A DNA stretch of 64,000 nt, from positions 32,001 to 96,000 of the forward strand of contig JBKBRF010000013.1 in assembly GCA_046292385.1 (NCBI GenBank). Direction: 5' to 3'. A model generated the notes under the pieces. The model searched no databases. It saw nothing but the letters and a program-made list of their open reading frames with translations, and was not told where the DNA came from. Numbering within the stretch: position 1 is the stretch's first letter; each line of letters starts with the position of its first letter. The DNA is from Armatimonadota bacterium. GTDB taxonomy: Bacteria; Armatimonadota; SYMT01. This document shows positions 38,787 through 48,551 of the stretch, in pieces. The position numbers and the translations under genes were made by a program.

Positions 38787-39497
38787 CTAGCGACCGCCGC
38801 GGACCTGCTCGCGCGCGCGGTCTACGCGGGCCTGCGGCGTCGGGTGCGTGCGCAGCCAGTTGAACCCGCCGCCTCCGCCGCCCTCCCGCCGCAATAGCTC
38901 CAGTAGCCGCACCAGTCCCTGCGGATCGTAGCCGGCCTGGCGCATCAGGCGGATCGCGGCGTCGTCGCTGTCGTACTCCTGGCGGCGGCTGTAGCTGAGC
39001 AGCTCCAGGTTCGCCGCGATCTGCGCCGCCGCGCCCACGTCGCCGCTGGTGGCACGGCCCAGGATCTCCGCCCCCAGGCCGAAGAGCTGGGAGCGCTCCA
39101 TCTGCCGCACCGCGTGCCGCTCTTCCACGTGCCCGATCTCATGTCCCAGCACGCCGGCGATCATGTCTTCGTCGCCGGCGATGCGCTGGAGCAGTCCCTC
39201 AAAGATGTAGATCGGCCCGCCGGGCAGCGAGATTGCGTTGACCTCGGGCGACTCGATCACCCGGAACGACCATGGCAGGTCCGGTCGCTCGCTGTAGGCC
39301 GCAAGCCGGTTCCCGATCCGGGTCAGCGTGGCATCGCCGCGGGTGCGGTACTGCCGCTCGATCGCCTGGGCCGTCTCCCGGCCCATCTGGACCTCCTCCC
39401 GTTTGCTCACGCTGCTGCCGGAGCGGCAGCTCGAGAGACCGAGGACGACGGGCAGGAGCACGAGGGCAAGCAGGTGACGACGGGGGTGACTGCGCAT
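38787..39497 (-). CDS. M48 family metallopeptidase lipoprotein
   Basis: Lipobox LSSC, NAISLPGG, HEIGH, YSRRQE, AGYDP, THP; GGAGG RBS before ATG 39497. Confidence 0.92.
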   Translation of the reverse strand: MRSHPRRHLLALVLLPVVLGLSSCRSGSSVSKREEVQMGRETAQAIERQYRTRGDATLTRIGNRLAAYSERPDLPWSFRVIESPEVNAISLPGGPIYIFEGLLQRIAGDEDMIAGVLGHEIGHVEERHAVRQMERSQLFGLGAEILGRATSGDVGAAAQIAANLELLSYSRRQEYDSDDAAIRLMRQAGYDPQGLVRLLELLRREGGGGGGFNWLRTHPTPQARVDRAREQVRGGR

Positions 39498-39614
39498 CGG
39501 ATCAACCTCCTTTGGCAGGGCGAATGACGCCTGGTTTCGGAGGTAGGGTACCGCCGTTCCCCGAACGACCAAACGCGCGGCCTCCCGACAGGCGGCAGCA
39601 GTGTTTAGCGCGAG

Positions 39615-40163
39615 GTGGTAGTGCGGCAGGTGGTTTCCGGAATCGTGAGCGCGGGCCTCTTCCTCGGCGCGGCATCGGCGTTCGCGTGGTGGGGCGGCAC
39701 GCTCGGCTACCTGTTCGCCGGGACCGTGCTCCTGGTCTGGGTCTTCCGCCTCTACCCCGCGTACGCGCGCATCCGGCGCCTGCGGGCGATCCGGCTGGCG
39801 CAGGTCGATACGATGAGCGGCGACGAGTTCGAGGACTACGTCGCGCTCCTGCTGCAGCACCGGGGCTACGTGGTGGAGCGCACCGGCGGCTCCGGCGACC
39901 TCGGCGTCGACCTGGTGGCGAGCCGCCGCGGGGAGCGCTGCGCCGTACAGGTGAAGCGGAGGTCGCAGCCGGTCTCCCGCCGCGCGGTGAGCGACGCCGT
40001 GGCCGGCGCGGACCACTACGAGTGCGACACCGCGCTGGTGGTGACGAACCAGACCTTTACGCGCGGGGCCCTGGAGCTGGCCGCCTCCACCGACTGCGGC
40101 CTGGTGGGCCGGGACGAGCTCTCGGAGTGGATCGCCGCCTACGCCGGCGGACGGCGGAAGTAG
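39615..40163 (+). CDS. Membrane-anchored Mrr-like restriction endonuclease domain protein
   Basis: Two N-terminal TM helices, MSGDEFE, GDLGVDL, AVQVKR, VVTNQTFT. Confidence 0.88.
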   Translation: MVVRQVVSGIVSAGLFLGAASAFAWWGGTLGYLFAGTVLLVWVFRLYPAYARIRRLRAIRLAQVDTMSGDEFEDYVALLLQHRGYVVERTGGSGDLGVDLVASRRGERCAVQVKRRSQPVSRRAVSDAVAGADHYECDTALVVTNQTFTRGALELAASTDCGLVGRDELSEWIAAYAGGRRK

Positions 40164-40166
40164 CCG

Positions 40167-40577
40167 CTACCTGCGCCCGCGGATCAGCGCCACGATCCGG
40201 ACGGTCCGCTTTCCCCAGCGGGAGGCGAGCCGGTGCGTCTTGAAGCGCAGGTCCACCTGCCGGGAGCCGACCCCGCCGCCCACGTCGTCGACCTTGGTCC
40301 ACCCGTAGCCGGGAACGTGGATGCGGGAGCCGAGCGGCGCCACCTGGGGCCGTCCGCGGCGGGCCACCGCCGCGCCGCGCCGGCTGCGCGTGCCGGTGGC
40401 GGTCAGCCCGCGGGTCTCGCAAGTTCTGCACGGGCCCAGGCAGTAGCCGGTGGCGGTCACCCTCCGGATGACTCGCCGGATAAACTCGGTGCGGGTCTGG
40501 GCGCTCTGCGGGATCGAGAGAAAGCAAGCGGCGAGGACTACCCCGCCGAGGCGTGGGAGAAGTCTGTAGTCAACCAT
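40167..40577 (-). CDS. Secreted 3D-domain (lytic transglycosylase-like) protein
   Basis: Signal peptide, TATGY, TATG, PLGSRIHVPGYG, VDDVGG...QVDL. Confidence 0.85.
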   Translation of the reverse strand: MVDYRLLPRLGGVVLAACFLSIPQSAQTRTEFIRRVIRRVTATGYCLGPCRTCETRGLTATGTRSRRGAAVARRGRPQVAPLGSRIHVPGYGWTKVDDVGGGVGSRQVDLRFKTHRLASRWGKRTVRIVALIRGRR

Positions 40578-40785
40578 AGGCGCAGATCATCCGGCGCTCC
40601 TGCCCGGGCGTGCCCGGATAGGCCAGTTCGGCAGCGGCTGCGGTGAAGCCGCCGGAGGGGCATGAGCGCCCGGCCAGCTCCCGGTATCCGCCGGAGCGGA
40701 ACCGCCTCACGTGCAGCCCTCCCCTCATTCCAGCCCTCCTGCCAGGCACGGAGAGAGGGGTGCTTGCCCGCCGGTCCGTCGCAAC

Positions 40786-40811
40786 ATACCCGCAAGTCGG
40801 GTCGTCTAATC
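40786..40811 (-). promoter_or_regulatory. SigB/SigF-type promoter candidate
   Basis: GATT-N16-GGGTAT on the minus strand, about 210 nt before the 3D gene. Confidence 0.4.
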
Positions 40812-40890
40812 CTTTCCGGCGGCGAAAAGGTGCGCCGCTGCGAACTGGCGTGCAGCGGACAACCACTAAGCCTACGAGAGGGACCAGGCG

Positions 40891-41295
40891 ATGGAGAGCG
40901 ACGCGAAAACCCGCGGCGCAGCGGGAAACACCCTGCTGCTGCTGCTCGTCGTGCTGGTGGTCGGCGCGGTCGGCTTCGGCGCTGGCTGGCTCCTGGCGCG
41001 CTCCGGCTCTGCCGTAAACGCGACCAGTCCCGCCGTCCAGGCCGCGGAGCAGGAGCGGGACGAGGCGCAGTCGCGCGCGGACGAGCTCCAGCGGGAGCGC
41101 GACCGGCTCAAGCAGCAAGTAGCGGCACTGGAGGAACGGGTGGCGCAGGCCCGCAAGGAGACCGACCGCGAGCTGATCGCCAGCTACTCGATCCTGGAGT
41201 CCGAGCGCGACCAGCTCAGAAGCCGCGTGAGCTACCTCGAGCAGCAGGTCGCCGACCTGGAGGCCCGCCTGCAAGACGCGCAGTTCTCACGCTGA
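40891..41295 (+). CDS. Membrane-anchored coiled-coil protein
   Basis: N-terminal TM helix then heptad-rich E/Q/R region. Confidence 0.8.
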   Translation: MESDAKTRGAAGNTLLLLLVVLVVGAVGFGAGWLLARSGSAVNATSPAVQAAEQERDEAQSRADELQRERDRLKQQVAALEERVAQARKETDRELIASYSILESERDQLRSRVSYLEQQVADLEARLQDAQFSR

Positions 41296-41400
41296 GCGCT
41301 TCGCGAGGGGGCAGCGGTGAGGGTGCAGCGTGCAGGTCTGTGCGGACGGACTGCGCCGTGCGGATGCGGTACCGGGGAAGGCGTTTTGGCCCGGGAACCC

Positions 41401-41520
41401 GGCGGTTGAATCCGCGGCAACCACGGCACGGAGTCCGCCTTGGCGGACTGAGAAGTCCCGGTTTGGGCGTCCAGAGGACGCATGGCCGCAGGCCGTCCAG
41501 CGAGGTATTTTAATGCCTCG
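41401..41520 (+). repeat. REP-like multi-hairpin element, copy B
   Basis: Homologous to 14047-14148; extra hairpin cgaggtat-ttta-atgcctcg. Confidence 0.85.
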
Positions 41521-41543
41521 CGATCCCACGGGAACCGAAGCCC

Positions 41544-42146
41544 TCAATCTATGATTACCAGCACACCTTCACCGTGTTGAGCGACCTCCCGATAGAAGCT
41601 CCGGAAGCGGTCGAAGTACCTCCACAACGTTCTCCAGGTCTCCTCTGTCACGTCCCTGGCACCGAACTTGTAAATGCAGGCCGCTTCCACCCAATCCGGC
41701 ACGAAGTGCAGCCTGAGCTGGGCCTCGGTGACGGTCTCTATCGAGGCCGCAATGGCGCGCACTTCCACCGGCTCCACGTAGCGAACCGGGATGCCCTGCA
41801 CTCCGACCGCAGCCGGCGCGATCTCCACACGTCCCCGGACCGCCCAGTCGCGTGCAGCCGTCTCCGCGGATCCGCGGCGGCGGTTCTCCGAGAGGAGAAA
41901 CAGCAGCATATCGTACCACCTGGCGCCATCGAATTGCCTCGTCGCCAGGCCGGGATGCGCTTCCGCATCCCGGAGCGCCGCCTGCCACAGTGCCTCGCCG
42001 GGACCGCCCGGTAGATGCGCTGTGCCGCAACCCCGAAACCAGAGCGGCAGCAGACAGAGACACTCCGCGGCTTCCAGGTCGGCAGCGACCCGTCGCATCA
42101 CCTGCCCCTCGTGCGGGATCGCTTGATAAGTCGCATTGAGCCCCAT
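41544..42146 (-). CDS. DUF1877/YfbM-like protein, AT-richer islet
   Basis: MGL start, W...L.FLL, VRYVEP.EV, C-terminal F..FY..A..GEGVLV pattern. Confidence 0.7.
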   Translation of the reverse strand: MGLNATYQAIPHEGQVMRRVAADLEAAECLCLLPLWFRGCGTAHLPGGPGEALWQAALRDAEAHPGLATRQFDGARWYDMLLFLLSENRRRGSAETAARDWAVRGRVEIAPAAVGVQGIPVRYVEPVEVRAIAASIETVTEAQLRLHFVPDWVEAACIYKFGARDVTEETWRTLWRYFDRFRSFYREVAQHGEGVLVIID

Positions 42147-42213
42147 CTCCGCCGCCTCATGTGATGTAAAGAAGCGCCGGGCGAGGAGAGATCCCCCACA
42201 CCCGGCGCCCTTG

Positions 42214-42236
42214 TAGCCTTTAGCCTTTAGCCTTTA
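42214..42236 (-). repeat. Heptamer repeat (aaggcta)x3 overlapping a stop codon
   Basis: tagcctttagcctttagcctttaa on the plus strand. Confidence 0.65.
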
Positions 42237-43262
42237 AGAGATCCTCATCACGATCTTCAGGACCTCGGAGTCCTTCACCTTGCCGAAGGCGTCCGGGGCC
42301 TCTTCGAGGGAGACCTCGTTGGTGACCCACTCCTCCGGCTTGACGATGCCGAGCTTCACGAAGTCCATCATCGACTTGTGCGCGGCGGGCTCGTCCGGCG
42401 CCAGGAGGCCGAACCAGAAGCTGGAGGGCATGTGCCGCATCGAGAGCGGGAACTGCTCCAGGTTGTTGATGCCGTAGACGCCCAGCTTGCCGTCGGCGGC
42501 GAGCAGCCGGCAGAGGTCGATGTAAAGCGACGCGTCGCCGGTCGCCTCGATGATGAAGTCGACGCCCTTGCCCCCGGTGATCTCCATCACCCGCTCCCGC
42601 AGGTCTTCCTGCCGGGTGTTGATGGTGTGGTCCGCGCCGAGCTTGCGGGCGAGCGCCAGGCGCTCGTCGCGGCGGCCGACCGTGATCACGTCGCGCACGC
42701 CGTGCAGCTTCGCCATCTGGGTAAAGGCGAGGCCGACGCCGCCGGCGCCCATCACCAGCACGCTGCTCTCCCACCGCACGCCGATGTTGCGGAGGGCGCT
42801 GTAGCACTCCTTCAGGTTGATCAGGACCGGCGCCACGTACGGGTCGACCCACTCCGGGATCACCTGCTGCATCGGCCAGTTGAAATGGACCGGCGTCTCC
42901 GGGTGGTCCTGCAGCAGCGCGCGGTAGTCGGTCACCACCCCCCACTCCGCGAAGCTGCCGAAGAAGCAGCCGAGGCCGGGGACCTCCGCCCGCGGGCGGA
43001 AGACATGGTCGCCCTCTTTGAAGGCGGTCACTTTAGAGCCGAGCTTCACCACTTCCCCCACCCCCTCGTGGCCGAGGATGCCGGGATACTGCTGGCCGTC
43101 GAGCCAGTCCATCGGGAAGCGGCCGGTCAGGATCTGGGAATCGGTGCTGTTGCAGATCGACGCGGACTTGATCCGCACCAGTGCCTGGTAATCGTTGATC
43201 TCCGGCTCGGGTACGTTCTCCACCCGAACCTCGCCGGGCCGGGGGACCACCAGTGCTTTCAT
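42234..43262 (-). CDS. Zinc-binding alcohol dehydrogenase (MDR) family protein
   Basis: ICNSTD, LGHEGVGEV, GAGGVG, GKGVDFIIEATG; no 4-Cys structural zinc lobe. Confidence 0.92.
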   Translation of the reverse strand: MKALVVPRPGEVRVENVPEPEINDYQALVRIKSASICNSTDSQILTGRFPMDWLDGQQYPGILGHEGVGEVVKLGSKVTAFKEGDHVFRPRAEVPGLGCFFGSFAEWGVVTDYRALLQDHPETPVHFNWPMQQVIPEWVDPYVAPVLINLKECYSALRNIGVRWESSVLVMGAGGVGLAFTQMAKLHGVRDVITVGRRDERLALARKLGADHTINTRQEDLRERVMEITGGKGVDFIIEATGDASLYIDLCRLLAADGKLGVYGINNLEQFPLSMRHMPSSFWFGLLAPDEPAAHKSMMDFVKLGIVKPEEWVTNEVSLEEAPDAFGKVKDSEVLKIVMRIS

Positions 43263-43370
43263 CTTACTTCCTCGCTATCATTCGCCCGGGGCGCGCCTCA
43301 CTGCGGCGTCTGCCCACCGGCCCCCGTTCTCCCCAGGCGTGCCCGGCTCCTGCCCGGCTCCACGTCCGGG

Positions 43371-43396
43371 GTTCGAGCAGCCGTGGGTGGGGGTAA
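43371..43396 (+). promoter_or_regulatory. SigB/SigF-type promoter candidate
   Basis: GTTC-N16-GGGTAA before the BON-SRPBCC gene. Confidence 0.5.
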
Positions 43397-43444
43397 GTTA
43401 CGGATGCGCTCTGGCCGCGGGGGCGGGGCGTGAAGGGGATGGTG

Positions 43445-44599
43445 ATGGACCGGAACAAGGGTCTCGCATGGGTCACGGCTCTCGCGGCGGGTGCCGCGGC
43501 AATCTATTTCCTCGATCCGGTCCAGGGCCGCAGACGCCGAGAGCAGGTTCGAGACCGGCTGCGAGACCTGCTGTCGGAGAGTGAAGCCTCGGGCGCTGAA
43601 GCAGCGCGCCCGCTGCGGCGTCCCCCGATGATCCGGCGCTCCGCCGACGAGGTACTGGACGAGGACCGGACGCTCGTCGAGCGGGTCTGCTCCGAGCTGA
43701 TGCGTCTCACCTCCAATCCCGGCTCGATCGAGGTCGACGCGGACGACGCGATCGTCACCCTCCGCGGCTCGATCCCGGAGCACGAAGTCGGCCGGCTGCT
43801 CACTTCGCTGCGGCACCTGCCGGGCCTGCGCCGCGTGGAGAGCCTGCTCTACACGGTAAAGAGCCCGTTCCAGCGCGCGGAGGCGCCCTCGCCGGAGACT
43901 GCCAACCCGGCCGGTGAGGCGGACGGCCCCGGCGAGGGGGAATGGTCGCCGGAGCTGCGGCTCGGCGTCGGGACGGTCGGCACCCTGCTGGCGCTCTGGG
44001 GGATCCGGCGGGGAGACGCGCCCGGGGTCATCGCGGCGGCGGCCGGGGGAATGGCGCTGGCCCGCGCCGTGGCGAACGTGCCGCCGTCGCGGATGGCCGG
44101 GCTCGACCGCTCCATCCCGGTAGAGCGGACCGTGGAGGTCGACGCCCCGATCGCCCGCGTCTTCGCCTTCTGGAGCAGCTTCCGGAACTTCCCACGCTTC
44201 ATGCAGCACTTGCAAGAGGTGACCGAGGACGAGAGCGGCGTCTCCCACTGGGTGGCGGACGGCCCCGCAGGGCTCCCGGTCTCCTGGAAGGCGGAGGTGA
44301 CGACTCTGCAGCCGCACCGGGCCATCGCCTGGCGAAGTCTGCCGGGCTCCACCGTGCAGAGCTCCGGCGAGGTGATGTTCGAGGAGCTGGAAGGCGGCCG
44401 CACCCGGCTGCAGGTGAAGATGATCTACCATCCGCCCGCCGGAGTGGTCGGCCACGCGGTGGCGCGTTTCTTCGGCGCGGACCCGGAGCGCCAGATCGAA
44501 GACGACCTCCAGAGCTTCCGGGCACTCCTGGAGGAAGGCAGCGAGACCGCGCACGGGCGGCCGATCGCCGCGCTCAAGGCGCTGCCGGAAACCTCATAG
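43445..44599 (+). CDS. BON + SRPBCC (cyclase/dehydrase) domain protein
   Basis: YFLDPVQGRRRR, BON-like IEVDADDAIVTLRG, WSSFRNFPRFMQH, IAWRSL, YHPPAG. Confidence 0.9.
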   Translation: MDRNKGLAWVTALAAGAAAIYFLDPVQGRRRREQVRDRLRDLLSESEASGAEAARPLRRPPMIRRSADEVLDEDRTLVERVCSELMRLTSNPGSIEVDADDAIVTLRGSIPEHEVGRLLTSLRHLPGLRRVESLLYTVKSPFQRAEAPSPETANPAGEADGPGEGEWSPELRLGVGTVGTLLALWGIRRGDAPGVIAAAAGGMALARAVANVPPSRMAGLDRSIPVERTVEVDAPIARVFAFWSSFRNFPRFMQHLQEVTEDESGVSHWVADGPAGLPVSWKAEVTTLQPHRAIAWRSLPGSTVQSSGEVMFEELEGGRTRLQVKMIYHPPAGVVGHAVARFFGADPERQIEDDLQSFRALLEEGSETAHGRPIAALKALPETS

Positions 44600-46954
44600 G
44601 CCGCCCGGGAGAAACGGTTCGGTCCGGACCGAGCCGGGCTCGACCCGCACGGTGACCATCCCGCCCTGGTCGGTGCGCGCCACCGGGATCCCGGCCGCCT
44701 CCAGGCGCTGGAGCACGATCGGCTTCGGATGGCCGACCCGGTTGTCGCGCCCGCAGGAGAGGACCGCCTGCCGCGGCCGCACCGCCTGGAGGAAGGCCGC
44801 GGTCGACGAAGTGTCACTGCCGTGGTGGGCGACCTTCAGCACGTCGGCGCGGAGACCCTCCCGCCACCGGAGCAGCGCCCGCTCCGCATCCGCTTCCATG
44901 TCTCCGGTCAGCAGGAAGCGCGCCCCCGCGATGTCCCAGCGGAAGACGAGCGAGGCCTCGTTATCGGTGCGCGCGGCACCGAGCGGCCCAAGCACCGCCA
45001 GGGTGGAGCCCCGGATGCGCAGCCGGTCTCCCGCCGCGAGCCGCCGCACCGGCACGCCGCGCTCCCGCGCGACCCGGTGCGCCTCGGCCCACGCCTGCGC
45101 GGGGTCACCGGCCCGACCCGCCGTCTCCGGAAGCGCGTGCGCCAGCAGCCCCACGCGGTACTCCGCCAGCACCTCCGGCAGGCCGCCGACGTGGTCGTCG
45201 TGCGCGTGCGAGACAACCACCGCGTCGAGTGCGGGCACCCGGAGGGAACGCAGCGCCCGCACCACCGCGGGCCCCGCTGCTTCCGGGCCGGCGTCGACCA
45301 GCACCGCGGTGCCGTCCGGCCCCTGCAGCAGGAGGCTGTCTCCCTGCCCCACGTCGAGCGCGCGCAGGGTCGGCGCGGAAGGGGGTGGTGAGGGCGCGGC
45401 GGTGGAAATGGCCAGGAGCAGCGCGACCGATCCGAGCGCGGCGATCAGCCGGAGCCGGCCCGGGGGTGCCAGGGTGGGCAGCGCCATGCCGACCAGCAGC
45501 GGCGGGATGAGCCAGACCGGCGCCGGGAACGCCGTCTCGCCGCCGGCGCCGGCAAACAGGCTTGCCCAGTGATACAGCCCCTCCGCCTGCCACGCCAGCA
45601 GCGGCGCCCAGAAGTAGAGCCCCAGCGCGGAAAGCCCCAGGTGCAGGAGCGCGGAGAGCATGAGGAAGCCGGAGAGGAGCGCCGCCCCGACGTTGGCGAG
45701 CGGAGCGATCCAGGTGACGCGATGGAAATGGTAGGCGAGCACCGGCGCGGTGCCGAGGAACGCCGCGAGGCAGGTCGCCACGCCCGCCGCCAGCGACTGG
45801 TGGAGGTGCCGGGCGAAGCGGTCGTGCGCGCCCGGCGCTGCCGGGGCGGGGCCGAGCGCCCGGCCCAACGGGCCGGCGACCCGGACGAGGGCCCAGACCG
45901 CCGTGAACGAGAGCTGCGCGCCGATGTCAAGCACGAGGAGCGGATCGAGCGCCAGGAGCGCCAGGCCGGCGGCGCCCAGGCAGTTCTCACCGTCCGGCTC
46001 CCGCCGCACCGCCAGGGCGGCCACGTAGATCCCGCCCATCACCGCCGCTCTCGTGATGCTACTGTCGCCCCCGGTGAGGAGATAGTAAAACCCGAGCGCC
46101 AGCAGCCCGGCGGTCCAGCAGAGACCGCGGAAGCGCCAGAGCCGCCGCCCGAGGCCGATGAAGAAGCCGAGCACCAGCATCACCTGGGCTCCGGAGACCA
46201 CCAGCAGGTGCAGCGTGCCCGACTCCCGGAAGGCCGCCTTCACCTCCTGCTCCACCTCCGGAGCCGGCGAGGCGCTCTCGCCGATCAGGAAGCTGTTCAC
46301 GATCAGCGCCGCCCGGGGCGGCAGCGTGCGCCGGTTGCTCTCCAGCACCCACGCCCGCGCCCGCTCGGCGAGCTGCGTCAGCGGGGAGCCGGCCCCGGCC
46401 GCGAGCTTGCGATAGCCTTCCGGACGGACCGCGAGCGTGCGGTGCGCGCCGCGCCGGAGCCAGGTCAGCCGCGGCGAGCTGCCGCCCGGGTTGGTGGCCG
46501 GCGGCGGACGGCGGACCACCCCGCTCACCTCCACCCGGTCTCCCGGCCTGGCGTCCGCCGGCGCGCGCATTCCGTAGACGGCAGTGTCGGGCGCCCATCC
46601 CGCCGGGGTGCGTCGGGCTTCACTCTGGAGGAGAACCGGGCGCGACTGCTCCCGCGCCGGGAAGACCCGCGCCACCGTCCCGCGTACGGTAAGCGGCGTG
46701 CCGGGCACCGGGAGCCCGGGCGGCGCCTGCAGTCGGAGGGCCGCCGCCGCCCCGAAGCAGAGCGCCACGGCCAGCACCGCGGCGAAGGGACGCGCCGGGC
46801 GCACGAGGAGGCCGGAGGAGACGAGCGCCGCCGCGCCGAGCCACACCAGCGGGGGCCGCTCCGCGTCGATCGCCGCGAACGCCGCCGCCACCGAGGCGAG
46901 CGCGCACCAGAAGAGCGGACGGCGGTAGAGCCACGCGGAGGAGAGCGGAAGCAT
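44594..46954 (-). CDS. comEC: DNA internalization competence protein ComEC/Rec2
   Basis: ATNPGG (DUF4131), SGTLHLLVVSG, RAAVM, GAQLSF, LDVGQGDS, SHAHDDHVGG, VAHHGS. Confidence 0.94.
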   Translation of the reverse strand: MLPLSSAWLYRRPLFWCALASVAAAFAAIDAERPPLVWLGAAALVSSGLLVRPARPFAAVLAVALCFGAAAALRLQAPPGLPVPGTPLTVRGTVARVFPAREQSRPVLLQSEARRTPAGWAPDTAVYGMRAPADARPGDRVEVSGVVRRPPPATNPGGSSPRLTWLRRGAHRTLAVRPEGYRKLAAGAGSPLTQLAERARAWVLESNRRTLPPRAALIVNSFLIGESASPAPEVEQEVKAAFRESGTLHLLVVSGAQVMLVLGFFIGLGRRLWRFRGLCWTAGLLALGFYYLLTGGDSSITRAAVMGGIYVAALAVRREPDGENCLGAAGLALLALDPLLVLDIGAQLSFTAVWALVRVAGPLGRALGPAPAAPGAHDRFARHLHQSLAAGVATCLAAFLGTAPVLAYHFHRVTWIAPLANVGAALLSGFLMLSALLHLGLSALGLYFWAPLLAWQAEGLYHWASLFAGAGGETAFPAPVWLIPPLLVGMALPTLAPPGRLRLIAALGSVALLLAISTAAPSPPPSAPTLRALDVGQGDSLLLQGPDGTAVLVDAGPEAAGPAVVRALRSLRVPALDAVVVSHAHDDHVGGLPEVLAEYRVGLLAHALPETAGRAGDPAQAWAEAHRVARERGVPVRRLAAGDRLRIRGSTLAVLGPLGAARTDNEASLVFRWDIAGARFLLTGDMEADAERALLRWREGLRADVLKVAHHGSDTSSTAAFLQAVRPRQAVLSCGRDNRVGHPKPIVLQRLEAAGIPVARTDQGGMVTVRVEPGSVRTEPFLPGGL

Positions 46955-47096
46955 CCTCGTTCCCGGCAACAGCGGAGGTGGAATCAAACAATTCTTCTCT
47001 CGATTAGGAGGGGAAGGAGGCCTCTCCTGCCGCGTGGAACGCTGAGGCAATGGAACGGATTGACGGTCGCTCCACGGGCATGCGGCAGCGCTCTCG

Positions 47097-47151
47097 ATAC
47101 CCGTAACAATCGGAGGCGAATCAGGCGTTAGCAGCCGTGTGACGTGGGTAT
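47097..47151. promoter_or_regulatory. Back-to-back SigB/SigF-type promoter candidates for comEC and the sigma-70 gene
   Basis: Minus strand: GATT-N16-GGGTAT (47122-47097); plus strand: GTTA-N15-GGGTAT (47127-47151). Confidence 0.4.
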
Positions 47152-47357
47152 ACCACGGTGGCACGGGCCGAGCTCCCTCGTCTCCGGATGACGTCCCGCT
47201 GCGAGACGGCCGATCCGCAATCGTTAACTGTCCGGCGCAAGATCTTGCCACCTGTTCCGAACCTGTGTAGGGTCCTCCTCCGGCTCCCTGACTCGCGGGG
47301 CCTCGGACGGAGGGAGCCCGGACGCCAGCCATCCGGGTTTCGCCCGAGGAAGCGCGC

Positions 47358-48239
47358 ATGCACCAACTGATGGAATCGAGCCCACTGGGCGCAGCAGAGG
47401 TCGAGGCCTCGTTCTCTCACGAGCCCAACCACCTCCACTGGCTTACTTCCACGGACGCCGCGCTGTTGACGGCGGAGGAAGAAGTCCTGCTCTCGCGACA
47501 GGTGCGTGCCGGCAGCCTGGAAGCCCGGCAGCGAATGGTCGAGTCAAACCTCCGCCTGGTGATCAGCATCGCCAAGCGATACCGCTGTCGCGGGCTCTCC
47601 TTCGAGGACCTGGTGCAGGAAGGGATCATCGGGTTGATGGCCGCGATCGCCCGGTTCGATCCGGAAAAGGGCTACCGGTTCAGCACCTACGCCACCCACT
47701 GGATCCGCCAGGCAATCGGACGCGCGATCGATAACCACAGCCGCCTGATCCGGCTGCCCAGCCACGTCTCGGACGCCCTCCGCAAGCTGGAGCGCTGCCG
47801 CGCGCTGCTGGCGCGGCGGCTGGGACGCCAGCCGACCGCCCTGGAGCTGGCCACGGAGGCGGAGCTGCCGCTGCCGAAGATCCAGAGCCTGCTCCAGTCT
47901 TCCCAGGAGCCGCTCTCGCTCGACGCGCTGCTCGGAGAGACGGAGGAGACCTCCCTGGGCGACCTCCTGCTCGACGTCGGCGCGCCCGATCCGGAGACGC
48001 AGACGATCCACAGCCGCACCCGGGAGTCGCTGGAGCGGATGCTCAGCGTGCTGCGGCCGCGGGAGCGGCGCGTGATCGAAAAGCGCTTCGGCTTCGTGGA
48101 CGGCCGCATCCACTCTCTGCAGGAGGTGGGCGAGCAGATGCAGATGTCCCGGGAGGGCGTGCGCCAGATCGAAGTCCGCGCGCTGCGCAAGCTCCGCGAA
48201 GCCGCTCACAGCCACCGCCTGGACGACTGCCCCGTTTAG
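47358..48239 (+). CDS. RpoD/SigA-like sigma-70 factor lacking region 1.1 (group 2-like)
   Basis: LLTAEEE, NLRLVISIAKRY, DLVQEG, GYRFSTYATHWIRQAI, SREGVRQIE. Confidence 0.93.
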   Translation: MHQLMESSPLGAAEVEASFSHEPNHLHWLTSTDAALLTAEEEVLLSRQVRAGSLEARQRMVESNLRLVISIAKRYRCRGLSFEDLVQEGIIGLMAAIARFDPEKGYRFSTYATHWIRQAIGRAIDNHSRLIRLPSHVSDALRKLERCRALLARRLGRQPTALELATEAELPLPKIQSLLQSSQEPLSLDALLGETEETSLGDLLLDVGAPDPETQTIHSRTRESLERMLSVLRPRERRVIEKRFGFVDGRIHSLQEVGEQMQMSREGVRQIEVRALRKLREAAHSHRLDDCPV

Positions 48240-48264
48240 CGGCGTTTCCACCTGCTTCTGACGT

Positions 48265-48435
48265 GTTGGAGTGGGAGCAAGGGAGACTGGGGGAATGGGA
48301 GAGCCGCTCCCTCGCTCCTGTTGCCAGGTTGCAGGTGGGCAGGTTCCAGGTTCCGAACCCCGCGCACCGGGGAGCTCAGCCTGCAACCTGCCAACTTGCG
48401 AACCTGCAACACACGTCTCCCACTCTCCCTTGCCA
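48265..48435. repeat. Dispersed composite inverted repeat, family D copy 2
   Basis: Homologous to 19482-19647. Confidence 0.85.
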
Positions 48436-48494
48436 AACTCGCCCGGCAATCCCGACCTCACGGTGTACCAGACCGGGCTGTAGGCCCATGAATT

Positions 48495-48526
48495 GAGGGG
48501 CGGGGAGTCAGTGCTCCCCGCCCCTC
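48495..48526. terminator. 13-bp hairpin between convergent genes
   Basis: gaggggcggggag/ctccccgcccctc. Confidence 0.65.
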
Positions 48527-48551
48527 TTCGCGTGTCCGGTCCCGAGCCCGG

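Noticed and set aside
40580..40890. c-di-AMP riboswitch expected before a 3D-domain gene
   Set aside because: GCUGAAUCC, GGAACCA and GUCAGCUAAC-type motifs not found.
47233..47251. Sigma-54 promoter-like TGGCAAGATCTTGC (similar site near 23182-23195)
   Set aside because: GG to GC spacing is one base short; the perfect palindrome gcaagatcttgc may be an operator but has no other support.
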